Of a stretch of 64,000 nucleotides of DNA, positions 1-9,468 are shown one piece after another. Source of the DNA: Candidatus Spechtbacteria bacterium SB0662_bin_43 (GTDB lineage: Bacteria; Patescibacteriota; Minisyncoccia; Spechtbacterales; 2-12-FULL-38-22). Each line of letters begins with the position of its first letter. Positions within the stretch are counted from its first letter, which is position 1. The DNA lies in assembly GCA_009839835.1 (NCBI GenBank), contig VXOY01000010.1:4025-68024 (forward strand). The letters run 5' to 3'. Both the position numbers and the translations under genes were made by a program. The notes beneath the pieces were generated by a model. It made no database searches. It saw nothing but the letters and a program-made list of their open reading frames with translations, and was not told where the DNA came from.

Positions 1-2402
1 CTATCAATATGTTTTGCTTCTGCGTTGAGCAGTGCCATCATAAACTCTGTTGGGTAGTGCGCCTTGAGGTACGCTGTTTGGTACGCTATTTCAGCGTACG
101 ACACTGCGTGGCTTCTGTTAAATCCATACCGTGCGAATCCAGGGAACAGAGACCATACTTTTTGTGCAGATTTTTTATCAATGCCGTTTTTTTTCATTCC
201 TGAAATAATTTTTGTCTCTTGTTCGTCCAGCAGTTCTTTGATTTTTTTACCGATTGCTTTGCGCAACGTGTCTGCTTCTGCAAGCGTAAATCCTGCAAGG
301 TCGCGCGCGATTTGCATCATTTGTTCTTGGTACACGCCAACGCCGTACGTATTTTTGAGGATAGGCTCTAATCTGGGGTGGTCGTATGTTGTCTCTTCTT
401 GACCGTGTTTCCTCCTAATATACGTTGGGATTAGTTCCATAGGACCTGGGCGATAGAGCGATATCATAACGACAATGTCTTCAAACTCGGTTGGTTTCAA
501 GTCTTTGAGGTAGCGACGCATCCCGCCTGACTCCAATTGGAACACGCCTGTTGTGTCTCCTTTTTGGAGTAGTTCGTATACCTTTGCGTCTTTGTGGTCT
601 ACAGTTTCAATATTTATTTCTACTCCGTGTGTTTTGTGTACCTCTTGCAGGGTATTTTCAATGATGGTGAGGTTTTTAAGACCCAGAAAGTCCATTTTAA
701 GAAGTCCTAAGTCTTCTATAGCGTGCATCTCGTATTGTGTGATAATTGTTTCTGTGTCTTTTGTTGCGTGCTGGAGGGGAATGAGTTCGGTGAGCGGTTC
801 TTTGGTAATCACGACACCGCACGCGTGTGTAGATGCGTGGCGCGTTACTCCCTCTAATCTCCGCGCGTTATCAATGAGCATTTTTGCCTGTTCGTCTGTT
901 GCGTAAATTGTTTTCAATTCCTCTACATTTTGCAGCGCATTATCCAGAGACGACATAAACGGAATCATCTTTGATATTCTGTCGCAGTACTGGTATTCGT
1001 AGTCCAGTGCGCGTCCAACGTCACGGATAGCAGCACGGGCTGCCATCGTTCCAAAGGTGATGATTTGAGCAACGTTTTCTTTTCCATATTTATCCGATAC
1101 ATACTTGAGAACCTCATCTCTTCGGGTGTCTGCAAAGTCAAGGTCAATATCTGGCATTGAGATACGGTCAGGGTTCAAGAAACGTTCAAAAATCAGCCCA
1201 TATTTTATTGGGTCAATGTTCGTAATGTTGAGAAGGTACGATACTAGTGATCCTGCAGCACTCCCTCGTCCAGGACCCACAACAATTTTGTTGTCCTTTG
1301 CCCAGATTACAAAATCTGCAACAATAAGCATATACGCCTCGTACCCCATTCTAATGATGATATTCAACTCGTAATCTAACCGTTCCAGAATCTCATTTTT
1401 TTCCTTTGATTGCGGAGCAATATCTTTGTCGTAGTCGGTGAGTGAGGATGTATCAAGACCATAGCGTTCGTGTAGCCCCAGGACGCACTGCTTTCGCAGG
1501 TACGATGCAGCAGTGTACCCTTTTGGCACTTCGTAGTGGGGGAGTTGATAATCACCCAATGGTATTTCTACATTGCACCTATCTGCTATTTTTTGTGCGT
1601 TGCTCACAGCATCAGGGTGGTCTGGGAACGCTTGGTTCATCTCTTCAGGGGAAACGATCGACAGGTCAAGGTGGGTGAGTTTCATTCTCCTTTCTTCCTT
1701 GATTGTGTTTCCTGTCTGGATTGCGAGTAGTATGTCGTGTGCGTTTTGGTCGTCTTTGTTGAGGTAGTGCGAGTCTGCTGTTGCAACCATTGGCGTATCA
1801 GTCTCTTTGCTCAGCGCAAAGATTGCTTCGTTCACTTTCTTTTGTTCAGGGTCGTTGATATTGTGCTGCACTTCTAAGTAGTAATTTTCTTTTCCAAAAA
1901 TGGCTTTGTGCTCTTCGATGATTTTTTTTGTGTCTCGCATCCTGCCCTCCAAGATAGCAGAGCCAAGTTCTCCTCCTAAACAGCCCGAGAGCGCGATAAT
2001 ACCCTCTGCGTATTTTGCGAGCGTTTCTTTATCAAGGCGAGGTTTGTAGTAGAAACCCTCCAAGTGGGAGAGGGTTGAGAGCTTGATCAGGTTCTTATAC
2101 CCTGTATTGTCTTTTGCAAGCAGGATAATGTGCCACCTTTTTTCGTTTATGTTGGGGTTTTTGTCCTGCATTGTATGACTGGTAACATACCCCTCCATTC
2201 CAATAATTGGTTTAATCCCTTGTTTTTTTGCCTCTTTGTAGAGCTCAATCGCACCATACATATTGCCGTGGTCTGTTACCGCAACTGCGTTCATTCCTAA
2301 GTCTTTTGCTCTCTGCACCAAGGCAGGTATTTTTGAGAGCCCATCCAAGAGCGAATAGTCAGAATGCGTATGGAGGTGAACAAATTGTGGTTTTGTTTTC
2401 AT
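1..2402 (-). CDS. dnaE: DNA polymerase III alpha subunit (N-terminal ~800 aa; runs off the window start)
   Basis: Manual minus-strand translation gives MKTKPQFVHLHTHSDYSLLDG, TDHGNMYGA, GPGRGSAAGSLV and FERFLNPDRISMPDIDLDF. Absent from the ORF track because it has no stop in the window. Confidence 0.97.
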   Translation of the reverse strand, partial: MKTKPQFVHLHTHSDYSLLDGLSKIPALVQRAKDLGMNAVAVTDHGNMYGAIELYKEAKKQGIKPIIGMEGYVTSHTMQDKNPNINEKRWHIILLAKDNTGYKNLIKLSTLSHLEGFYYKPRLDKETLAKYAEGIIALSGCLGGELGSAILEGRMRDTKKIIEEHKAIFGKENYYLEVQHNINDPEQKKVNEAIFALSKETDTPMVATADSHYLNKDDQNAHDILLAIQTGNTIKEERRMKLTHLDLSIVSPEEMNQAFPDHPDAVSNAQKIADRCNVEIPLGDYQLPHYEVPKGYTAASYLRKQCVLGLHERYGLDTSSLTDYDKDIAPQSKEKNEILERLDYELNIIIRMGYEAYMLIVADFVIWAKDNKIVVGPGRGSAAGSLVSYLLNITNIDPIKYGLIFERFLNPDRISMPDIDLDFADTRRDEVLKYVSDKYGKENVAQIITFGTMAARAAIRDVGRALDYEYQYCDRISKMIPFMSSLDNALQNVEELKTIYATDEQAKMLIDNARRLEGVTRHASTHACGVVITKEPLTELIPLQHATKDTETIITQYEMHAIEDLGLLKMDFLGLKNLTIIENTLQEVHKTHGVEINIETVDHKDAKVYELLQKGDTTGVFQLESGGMRRYLKDLKPTEFEDIVVMISLYRPGPMELIPTYIRRKHGQEETTYDHPRLEPILKNTYGVGVYQEQMMQIARDLAGFTLAEADTLRKAIGKKIKELLDEQETKIISGMKKNGIDKKSAQKVWSLFPGFARYGFNRSHAVSYAEIAYQTAYLKAHYPTEFMMALLNAEAKHID

Positions 2403-2471
2403 TGCTTTCATTCTACCATAGAATGGATTTGTAAAAGGAGTGCAGCGAGTGTAAGCCATTGGTTGATTGTT

Positions 2472-2480
2472 TGTGGATAA
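2472..2480. promoter_or_regulatory. Single consensus DnaA box in the divergent dnaE/rnhB intergenic region
   Basis: TGTGGATAA is the reverse complement of TTATCCACA. Only one copy in this intergenic region. Confidence 0.35.
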
Positions 2481-2554
2481 TGATGTTGTGGGGTGGTGGG
2501 TAGGTGTTCATCCTCTCCCTTCTGCTGTTTTTGTGGTATCGTAAAAACATTGGC

Positions 2555-3175
2555 ATGAACTTTCAGTACGAGAAAAAGGTAGCCAAGAAGTTTGGCTACC
2601 AGTACATAGCAGGTATTGACGAGGTGGGAAGAGGACCGTTGGCAGGTCCTGTTGTTGCGTGTGCGTTTATGTTTTTGAGCCATCGCGTTCCTCGTTCTGT
2701 TGTGCGACAGGTGCGGGATTCGAAAGTAGTGTCGCACAAGAAACGATGCGAGTTGTTTCGTATTTTTTGCGAGTGGAAGAACGAAGGGATTGTTGATTTT
2801 GAAACCGCCTCTGTTCGCCCCGCAACAATAGATGCGCTCAACATCCAGAAGGCAACTATTATTGCGATGAGACGAGCGTTCTCAAAACTCAAAACAAGAC
2901 CACAGTATGTTATTGTGGATAAAATATCGCATCAAGGAACACTGCTATCGTGTGATTACGAGGTTCGTGTCAAGGCAGATAGAGATGTGTTGTCGTGTGC
3001 TGCTGCGTCAATTGTGGGAAAGGTGAGGCGAGATAGCGGTATGGTACGATACCATACCCGTTACCCTGAGTATGGTTTTGCGCGCCACAAAGGGTATCCT
3101 ACTGCTGCACACTACGCAGCGTTGAGGAGGTATGGCACAACAGATATTCATCGGAAAAGTTTTCGTTTGGTGTAA
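2555..3175 (+). CDS. rnhB: Ribonuclease HII
   Basis: AGIDEVGRGPLAGPVV, VRDSK, AAASIVGKVRRD and YGFARHKGYPT motifs. Start moved to MNFQYEK. Confidence 0.95.
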   Translation: MNFQYEKKVAKKFGYQYIAGIDEVGRGPLAGPVVACAFMFLSHRVPRSVVRQVRDSKVVSHKKRCELFRIFCEWKNEGIVDFETASVRPATIDALNIQKATIIAMRRAFSKLKTRPQYVIVDKISHQGTLLSCDYEVRVKADRDVLSCAAASIVGKVRRDSGMVRYHTRYPEYGFARHKGYPTAAHYAALRRYGTTDIHRKSFRLV

Positions 3176-3272
3176 TCGGGGTATAGCGTTGTGTTGCATT
3201 TTTTGACAAGTTTCGTTATTGTAAGGATGTGTATTGCTCAAGCGATATTATCAGTAACTTACCTATACACGT

Positions 3273-3494
3273 ATGGCAGTCCCAAAAAATAGGCACACAA
3301 AATCACGACGTAACAAGAGGCGTTCTCATATAAAATTGTCTCCTGCACCCCACGGAATATGCGAAAAGTGCGGAGTTCGTACGCCCCCTCATTTTCTCTG
3401 CGAGAACTGCGGTTCGTACAAAGGGAGAGAAATGGTTGATGTTCTCAAGAAACGAACTAAGAAGGAAAGAAGGGAAGTAGCGACCAATGGGTAG
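3273..3494 (+). CDS. rpmF: 50S ribosomal protein bL32 (Zn-binding form)
   Basis: MAVPKNRHTKSRRNKRRSH followed by CxxC...CxxCG.YKG. Confidence 0.97.
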   Translation: MAVPKNRHTKSRRNKRRSHIKLSPAPHGICEKCGVRTPPHFLCENCGSYKGREMVDVLKKRTKKERREVATNG

Positions 3495-3551
3495 ATAAGG
3501 CAGGCAAGTTTTTCACAACGTAGTTATAGTTAGTTTGATTTTGTTCTTTTT

Positions 3552-4046
3552 ATGGCATCACGACACCTTGCTCGTTCAGTAGCACTCCAAGTTCTTTATG
3601 AATTGGATTTTTGGTGTGCGGACAATGACCTTACGCTGCAAGAATCTGATAGATACCAAAAGAAGAGTGACGTTATCACAAAGAATGTTGCTGAATTTGC
3701 TCCTGGCACCAGCGAGTTAGGGTTTATCACCTCGTTGATAGAAGGAGTTATCAAGTACCAAAAGAAGATAGACGCTATTATTGAAAAGTCGGCTCCTGAG
3801 TGGCCTCTGAGCCACATCACCACAGTTGATAGAAATGTTCTGCGAATAGGAATTTTTGAGTTATTGTGGGGTAATAGAAAAGAGGTGCCACCAAAGGTTG
3901 CGATCAACGAAGCAATAGAGTTGGCAAAGAATTTTGGCGGCGAATCATCGGGCAAGTTCGTCAACGGTGTATTGGGAGCAATTTATCGTGAAATAGGCGA
4001 GCCACAAAAAGATGAAAGGACAAGGGTGCGTTTGAATAAAGGTTAA
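3552..4046 (+). CDS. nusB: Transcription antitermination factor NusB
   Basis: [32 protein letters not shown] and FVNGVL motifs. Confidence 0.97.
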   Translation: MASRHLARSVALQVLYELDFWCADNDLTLQESDRYQKKSDVITKNVAEFAPGTSELGFITSLIEGVIKYQKKIDAIIEKSAPEWPLSHITTVDRNVLRIGIFELLWGNRKEVPPKVAINEAIELAKNFGGESSGKFVNGVLGAIYREIGEPQKDERTRVRLNKG

Positions 4047-4057
4047 CTCTAATAATA

Positions 4058-4756
4058 ATGGATATTAAACACGATTTTTCAGCTCTTGAGAAGAAAGTTT
4101 CTGTATCGTTCAAAGATAAAGATTTATTGAAAAAAGCATTTGTTCATCGTTCGTATATTAATGAACACCCTGAGTTTGAGATGGGTCATAACGAGCGGTT
4201 GGAATTTTTAGGGGATGCTGTCTTGGAATTAGTTGTTACCGAGTATCTCTTCCGTCATCACCACAACGCAGAGGGTGACCTCACCGCGTATCGCGCTTCA
4301 CTGGTTAATAGTAAAATGTTGGCGCGCGTGGGGAGTGATCTTGATTTTAATAATTATTTGTTGCTGTCCAAAGGTGAAGCAAAGGACATAGATGGCAGGG
4401 CGCGTAGTTTTATTATCGCAGACGCAGTAGAAGCGTTTATTGGAGCAATGCATTTAGACCAGGGTTTTGATGTTGCAAAGCGGTTTATCACCGATCACGT
4501 CATCATCCACTTGGACGAAGTTTTAGAGAAAAAATTATACCAAGATCCAAAGAGTGCACTCCAAGAAAAAGCGCAAGAAAGGAAGAGCGTTACCCCAAGA
4601 TACGAAGTATTGCGCGAGACCGGCCCTGACCACGAAAAGACGTTTTGTGTGGGCGTGTATTTTGAGAGCATCCTGGTCGCTGAAGGACAAGGTTCTAACA
4701 AACAAGAGGCAGAAGAAGACGCTGCGAAAAAGGCGCTGCAAAAAAATAATTGGTAG
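4058..4756 (+). CDS. rnc: Ribonuclease III
   Basis: HNERLEFLGDAVL signature plus C-terminal dsRBD (DPKSALQE...GPDH). Confidence 0.98.
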   Translation: MDIKHDFSALEKKVSVSFKDKDLLKKAFVHRSYINEHPEFEMGHNERLEFLGDAVLELVVTEYLFRHHHNAEGDLTAYRASLVNSKMLARVGSDLDFNNYLLLSKGEAKDIDGRARSFIIADAVEAFIGAMHLDQGFDVAKRFITDHVIIHLDEVLEKKLYQDPKSALQEKAQERKSVTPRYEVLRETGPDHEKTFCVGVYFESILVAEGQGSNKQEAEEDAAKKALQKNNW

Positions 4757-4823
4757 AATTCGCTCCACAAAGAACCTACGGTACAGCGCTGGATGCAGGA
4801 CGATAGTTCTGTACTTTACTATA

Positions 4824-6065
4824 ATGCAAAAAAATATCTCTCAACAAAACCGCAGGTTGTTTCTTTTAGGAACTATTCTATCCTGTGTTTTTGTGCTAGT
4901 GGTTTGGAGTATGGTTCTTGGTGCGCGGTCTGCGTCTGCGCAGAGTGCTGTTATTGAGGATATTCACACCATCAAAGATGGAGATTTGATACAGCAAGAA
5001 AACGACCCTGATGTCTATATCGTCAAAATTGTCGGCAACAAAGCGTTCAAAAGGCTGATACTCAATCCTGATATATTTAATTCATACGGTCACTTGTCGT
5101 GGGATGCTATTCTAACAGTACCTCCTTCTATTGTGGATGTGTATCAAACATCACGTTTGGTGATGGAGGTGTATCCTGATGGCACTCCTGTAACAGGTAG
5201 AGTGTATGTTCTTGAGCCAGATGGTGATGTTGGAGTAAAGCGATACCTCAACCTTTCACCAGAGCAATTTGAGAGCGCAGGATACGATAGAGATAGTATT
5301 TACTTTATCAACCGCCTTGAGGCAGGTCCTACCTTTTATAAAGAGGGAGAACCTATTACTCACGACACATCCACACAGCAACCTGGCACTTCTCAGTCCT
5401 CCCCAGAGAACACCCCTTCTCCTGAGCTTAATAAAGAGGAGAAAGAAGGGAGAGAAAATTGTACACAAGAGTGGCTTGAGCTTACAAAGCATGTGCTTGG
5501 AACCATAGAAGTGCTGGATGGGTTATGTATTGAGTTGATACCAAAAGACAGCGCTGTTGGAAAATTTATTCTATCAAAAAAGGTGAGTGGATTTTATGTT
5601 GTCAACGATAATAAAATAGCGGTCATTGAGGATAGGGGGTTCCAAACGTTATATTCTGAGTTGCATGAGGTGTGTCACGCACAACAGAATTGGTATTTTA
5701 CCTCGTTTTACGAAGATGGGAATATATTGACGGAGTGGATACGTACAAAAGCAGGTAGTGAATTTCTTGATATTGCTGGGTTTGAGCGAGTACGGACACA
5801 GCATGATACAATCGTATGGAGTGTTTCTTCTCGTAGTCCGTTTTTTGGAATATATGGTTACAATGATCCTATTGAGCTGGCGGCAGAGCTATGTACGTTA
5901 TCGTTCTTGTGGAAGTACGATGTGCGTGACGCTAAATACCAGTATACAAGAGATGAAATAGCAGATTTGCTACGAATAGGAAAGAGGAGCGGAGTATATG
6001 CGTGGATGCACAAATGGGTGATAGACCAGAACGAAGAAACGCTTGGTGAGCGAGAGAGAGGATGA
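4824..6065 (+). CDS. Secreted/membrane-anchored protein with putative zincin (HExxH) metallopeptidase domain
   Basis: N-terminal hydrophobic segment and Ser/Pro linker, then LHEVCH and downstream ELAAE. Start moved to MQKNISQ because the longer ORF overlaps rnc. Confidence 0.65.
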   Translation: MQKNISQQNRRLFLLGTILSCVFVLVVWSMVLGARSASAQSAVIEDIHTIKDGDLIQQENDPDVYIVKIVGNKAFKRLILNPDIFNSYGHLSWDAILTVPPSIVDVYQTSRLVMEVYPDGTPVTGRVYVLEPDGDVGVKRYLNLSPEQFESAGYDRDSIYFINRLEAGPTFYKEGEPITHDTSTQQPGTSQSSPENTPSPELNKEEKEGRENCTQEWLELTKHVLGTIEVLDGLCIELIPKDSAVGKFILSKKVSGFYVVNDNKIAVIEDRGFQTLYSELHEVCHAQQNWYFTSFYEDGNILTEWIRTKAGSEFLDIAGFERVRTQHDTIVWSVSSRSPFFGIYGYNDPIELAAELCTLSFLWKYDVRDAKYQYTRDEIADLLRIGKRSGVYAWMHKWVIDQNEETLGERERG

Positions 6066-6176
6066 AAACGTAATCAGTAATGTTCAATGATTGAGAATAT
6101 TGGCATATTGTCATCCCTCCATTTTTTTGTTATGATATTTTTGCTGTTATTCATAGTATGAAATAAATTATAGAGT

Positions 6177-6668
6177 ATGTTGAGACTTCGATTAAGAAGA
6201 GTAGGCAGGAAGCACGATCCGAGTTTTCGTATTGTTGTTACTGAAAATACCGCACCATTGAAGGGTAAATATTTAGAATCCATTGGTTTTTATAATGCAG
6301 TTTTAAAAAAACGAGAAGTGAACCACGAGCGAGCAAAGTACTGGTTGAGCAAAGGGGTGCAGCCCACAGATGTTGTCCATAACATCTTGGTGACCGAAGG
6401 AGTTATTGATGCCCCCAAAATCGCAGTTCATAAAAGGTCTCAAAAACAAGATCAGGGTCAAGAACAAGAGGAAAGTGAGGATGAAAAAGCAAAAGTGAAC
6501 AGCGAAGAAGGTGGTGGAGGTGAACCCAGTGAAGAGAAGAGTGCCAAAGAAGAGGAGAATAAAGAAGCAGAGGAAGTAAAGGAAGCAAAAGAAGAGAATA
6601 AGAAAGCAGGGAAGCAGGACAAGCAAGATGAAAGCGCAGAAGATGAAAAAAGTGAGACCAAAGAATAG
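6177..6668 (+). CDS. rpsP: 30S ribosomal protein bS16 with long acidic/Lys C-terminal tail
   Basis: MLRLRLRRVGRKHDPSFRIVV and WLSKGVQPTD, followed by an E/K low-complexity tail. Confidence 0.97.
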   Translation: MLRLRLRRVGRKHDPSFRIVVTENTAPLKGKYLESIGFYNAVLKKREVNHERAKYWLSKGVQPTDVVHNILVTEGVIDAPKIAVHKRSQKQDQGQEQEESEDEKAKVNSEEGGGGEPSEEKSAKEEENKEAEEVKEAKEENKKAGKQDKQDESAEDEKSETKE

Positions 6669-6852
6669 AGGACATCTATAGGTGCCTGTGTTTTGATATG
6701 AGCACCTTTTCATCACCCATAGATTGATTGTGGTATGTGCTGTGTGTGAGTAATAGTATATTGACTTTTGCACCAGATACTATATTATAGAAGTGAGAAA
6801 TGGTCATTCTCAATTCTTAATACCATATAATTAATGTGCAGAAAATACAGAT

Positions 6853-7224
6853 ATGACTGACGACAAAGAGTTTCTTGAATATATTATAAAGGGCATTGTA
6901 AATAACCCAGACGACGTGATGGTTGAGAGAAAGGTTGATGAACTGGGTGTCCTCCTTACCTTGAAGGTGAATCCTGAAGATATGGGTCAGGTTATTGGCA
7001 AGGGTGGAGCTACTGCCCGTGCGGTCCGTACTCTACTCCGTATTGTTGGAATGAAGAGTAACGCGCGAGTCAATTTAAAAATTGAGGAGCCAGAAGGAAG
7101 CGCTCGTCGCACTTCTCAAGATGCAATGCAAGACAACGCATCAAACGAATCTCCTGAAGCCTCACAACCACAGGAGCAAGACTCAAAGGTTGACATTAAC
7201 GAGGCAATTGGTGACCTTGACTAA
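6853..7224 (+). CDS. khpA: KH-domain RNA-binding protein KhpA
   Basis: DMGQVIGKGGATARAVR motif; conserved position between rpsP and trmD. Confidence 0.92.
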   Translation: MTDDKEFLEYIIKGIVNNPDDVMVERKVDELGVLLTLKVNPEDMGQVIGKGGATARAVRTLLRIVGMKSNARVNLKIEEPEGSARRTSQDAMQDNASNESPEASQPQEQDSKVDINEAIGDLD

Positions 7225-7236
7225 ATTTTATGTAGC

Positions 7237-7270
7237 AAAAAACCCTGCATCATACACTGCAGGGTTTTTT
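7237..7270 (+). terminator. Intrinsic terminator-like hairpin
   Basis: AAAAAACCCTGCA-loop-TGCAGGGTTTTTT. Confidence 0.7.
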
Positions 7271-7283
7271 GTTGGCATAACCT

Positions 7284-7973
7284 ATGCAGTTTGATATTTT
7301 TACATTATTCCCCGATATCATTGATTCGTATAAGGGTGAGTCCATCATACGGCGAGCCATAGATGCTGGTGTTTTGCGCGTCCATAGCCATAACATCCGT
7401 GACTGGGCGCACGACAAGCACAGCACGGTTGACAATGTTCCGTACGGAGGTGGAGCAGGCATGGTGATGAAGGTAGAACCAATTTATAGGGCGATATGCG
7501 ATTGCTCGCTGTTTGAAATCAAGACAACAGAGCGTGGACTTGTACATAGCGATAAGCAACGGATTATTTTGTTGTCTGCAAAAGGGGAGCGGTTCACACA
7601 ACAAAAGGCACAAGAATTAGCGCAATACGAACACATTATGTTGATATGTGGGAGGTACGAAGGCGTTGATGAACGAGTTACGACCTATATTGCGGATGAA
7701 GAGATTTCTATTGGTGAGTACGTTTTGACAGGAGGAGAGATCCCCGCGCTCGTTCTTTTGGACGCTGTTGCGCGTCTCCACAAGGGCGTATTGGGGAATG
7801 TTGAGTCGCTCAAAGAGGAGTCGTTTACCACAGGTCACCCAAAGGAGTATCCGCACTACACCAGGCCTGCGGTTTTTTCTCCAAAACCAGGCGTGGAATG
7901 GAAAACACCCGATATTCTTTTGTCGGGGAATCATCAGGAAATTCAAAAGTGGAGGCAACAAGATTCTCGGTAA
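7284..7973 (+). CDS. trmD: tRNA (guanine37-N1)-methyltransferase
   Basis: PYGGGAGMVM, LICGRYEGVDER, SIGEYVLTGGE and EYPHYTRP motifs. Confidence 0.98.
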   Translation: MQFDIFTLFPDIIDSYKGESIIRRAIDAGVLRVHSHNIRDWAHDKHSTVDNVPYGGGAGMVMKVEPIYRAICDCSLFEIKTTERGLVHSDKQRIILLSAKGERFTQQKAQELAQYEHIMLICGRYEGVDERVTTYIADEEISIGEYVLTGGEIPALVLLDAVARLHKGVLGNVESLKEESFTTGHPKEYPHYTRPAVFSPKPGVEWKTPDILLSGNHQEIQKWRQQDSR

Positions 7974-8027
7974 GAGTGAAGAAGAAAGCGGTATGTTAAT
8001 GGAGGGTACGTATGAAAATCCCACACT

Positions 8028-8219
8028 TTAATTCAGTGTGGGATTGATAGGAGGTGTGTCTTGGAAGTGAAAGTACGCAGTAGAGGAATCGTTGAGTTTT
8101 TGTACTTGTAGCGTGCCACAGATGATGCACTCCAAGATGAGTTTTGCAATGTCGTAAAACGTAAAGGTGCGACATGTGCACCGTATGCAGGACGTTATTC
8201 CTTCTACTCCTCTGAACAT
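8028..8219 (-). CDS. Small putative zinc-ribbon protein (orphan, SD-bearing)
   Basis: CxxC...CxxCG. AGAAAGGAG 5 nt before ATG, with TTGATA-17-TATAAA upstream. Confidence 0.6.
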   Translation of the reverse strand: MFRGVEGITSCIRCTCRTFTFYDIAKLILECIICGTLQVQKLNDSSTAYFHFQDTPPINPTLN

Positions 8220-8508
8220 CACTTCTCCTTTCTGGTATCAGTACACTGTATTTATACACTATATTCGATGTAGTATCAATTGTATTGATGGTATGTAGGC
8301 GAAGGGGCGAGTACTGTTTTCAACAATCACATCAATCAATAGTACAAGAGTAGATTGTTCGTATGCAAGACATCAAGGATGTGCAGTGCTGTGTGTGGCA
8401 GGGTTCTTGACTTTATATATTAGTGTGTTATTCTATAGATAGTTCTTGAACACAAGACCTCTGCATGTGTTGTGAATACAGGGGTTTTCAAAAGAAAGGA
8501 AGTTTCTG

Positions 8509-9300
8509 ATGGCTACGAAGGACTATCCTGCATTGAGCAGGGAGCCTTTGCGGGTTCATCACAGGGCTGTCGTGGGATTGAGCGATAAGAACCTACGCGG
8601 ACAGGAGATGATGGACGAGTTCCTCATAGGATCGTTCTGGAGGAGAATCTTTGATGGAGTCAAGGAACCATTGTTTGAGTGCTATGATGAGTACATGACG
8701 TTGGATCTTGTTGTGCTCACGCCACAAGAGGTTGGATTGCACACAGACAATAGGATTTCTTTGTCATCTTTCTTCTCGCACGTTGTGCGCACTTTTCCTG
8801 AATTAGAGCTCGTAAAGCCAGAAGTTGCTTTTCGGGTACAAAGAGACTACGATCTGGAGATTGGGGAGGCACACTATTTTGCGATTCCTCAACCAGGCGT
8901 CATCATGCGTGACTACGATCTTGGTACGCGGGAAATAGGGTTTGGTCTTTCGCACGGAGGCCTACGACTGATGGGTGTGCCGCACTTGCAAAAAGAGAAC
9001 GCCGTGTATCGGATTCTACAACCTGTTCCTCGTTACGACATCCATTGGACTAGACACGATGTCAGGTGGGTGTTTGCGTTGAAGGCGCAGGTTGATATGG
9101 GTGCGACGCCCACTGATGAGAATATTCGCGAGTCCTCTCACCAGAGCAGTGGCAATACTGGTGTTTCGTATGACGCACGGAGTCATTACCAAACAGCGCA
9201 GAATGGTGATGGGTTAATCTTTGATGACAAGTCAACGGAAGAACAGATGGACAGGGATCTTGACGACGCACTGTCATTTCTGAAGAGAGTCCACCGATGA
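8509..9300 (+). CDS. Hypothetical protein (orphan, SD-bearing)
   Basis: 263-aa ORF. AGAAAGGAAG at 8493-8502, TTGACT-16-TATTCT promoter, terminator directly after the stop. Confidence 0.75.
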   Translation: MATKDYPALSREPLRVHHRAVVGLSDKNLRGQEMMDEFLIGSFWRRIFDGVKEPLFECYDEYMTLDLVVLTPQEVGLHTDNRISLSSFFSHVVRTFPELELVKPEVAFRVQRDYDLEIGEAHYFAIPQPGVIMRDYDLGTREIGFGLSHGGLRLMGVPHLQKENAVYRILQPVPRYDIHWTRHDVRWVFALKAQVDMGATPTDENIRESSHQSSGNTGVSYDARSHYQTAQNGDGLIFDDKSTEEQMDRDLDDALSFLKRVHR

Positions 9301-9309
9301 CTCCCTGAT

Positions 9310-9344
9310 ACGGCAGAATACACATTCTGCCGTTTTTCTTTTTT
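9310..9344 (+). terminator. Intrinsic terminator
   Basis: ACGGCAGAAT-ACAC-ATTCTGCCGT followed by a T-rich tail. Confidence 0.8.
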
Positions 9345-9468
9345 AATATGCGAATGTAAGTCTGGTTGCAAGGATACAGGTGTTGACAAAATCATATATA
9401 TATATAATCATAGTGGTTCCAGTCATACGATTGGGATAGAGACTGTGCTCAAGAAAGGAGCGTAGGAA

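Noticed and set aside
9-2434. Short + strand ORFs at the window start
   Set aside because: Antisense shadows of dnaE. The same applies to most short ORFs opposite atp, hsd and metabolic genes.
4554-4823. Extended N-terminus of the 503-aa ORF
   Set aside because: It overlaps rnc out of frame; ATG 4824 gives a proper signal/TM start.
6177-7973. Absence of rimM/rplS from the rpsP-trmD block and the acidic bS16 tail
   Set aside because: Common variation in CPR and other bacteria; the genes may lie elsewhere.
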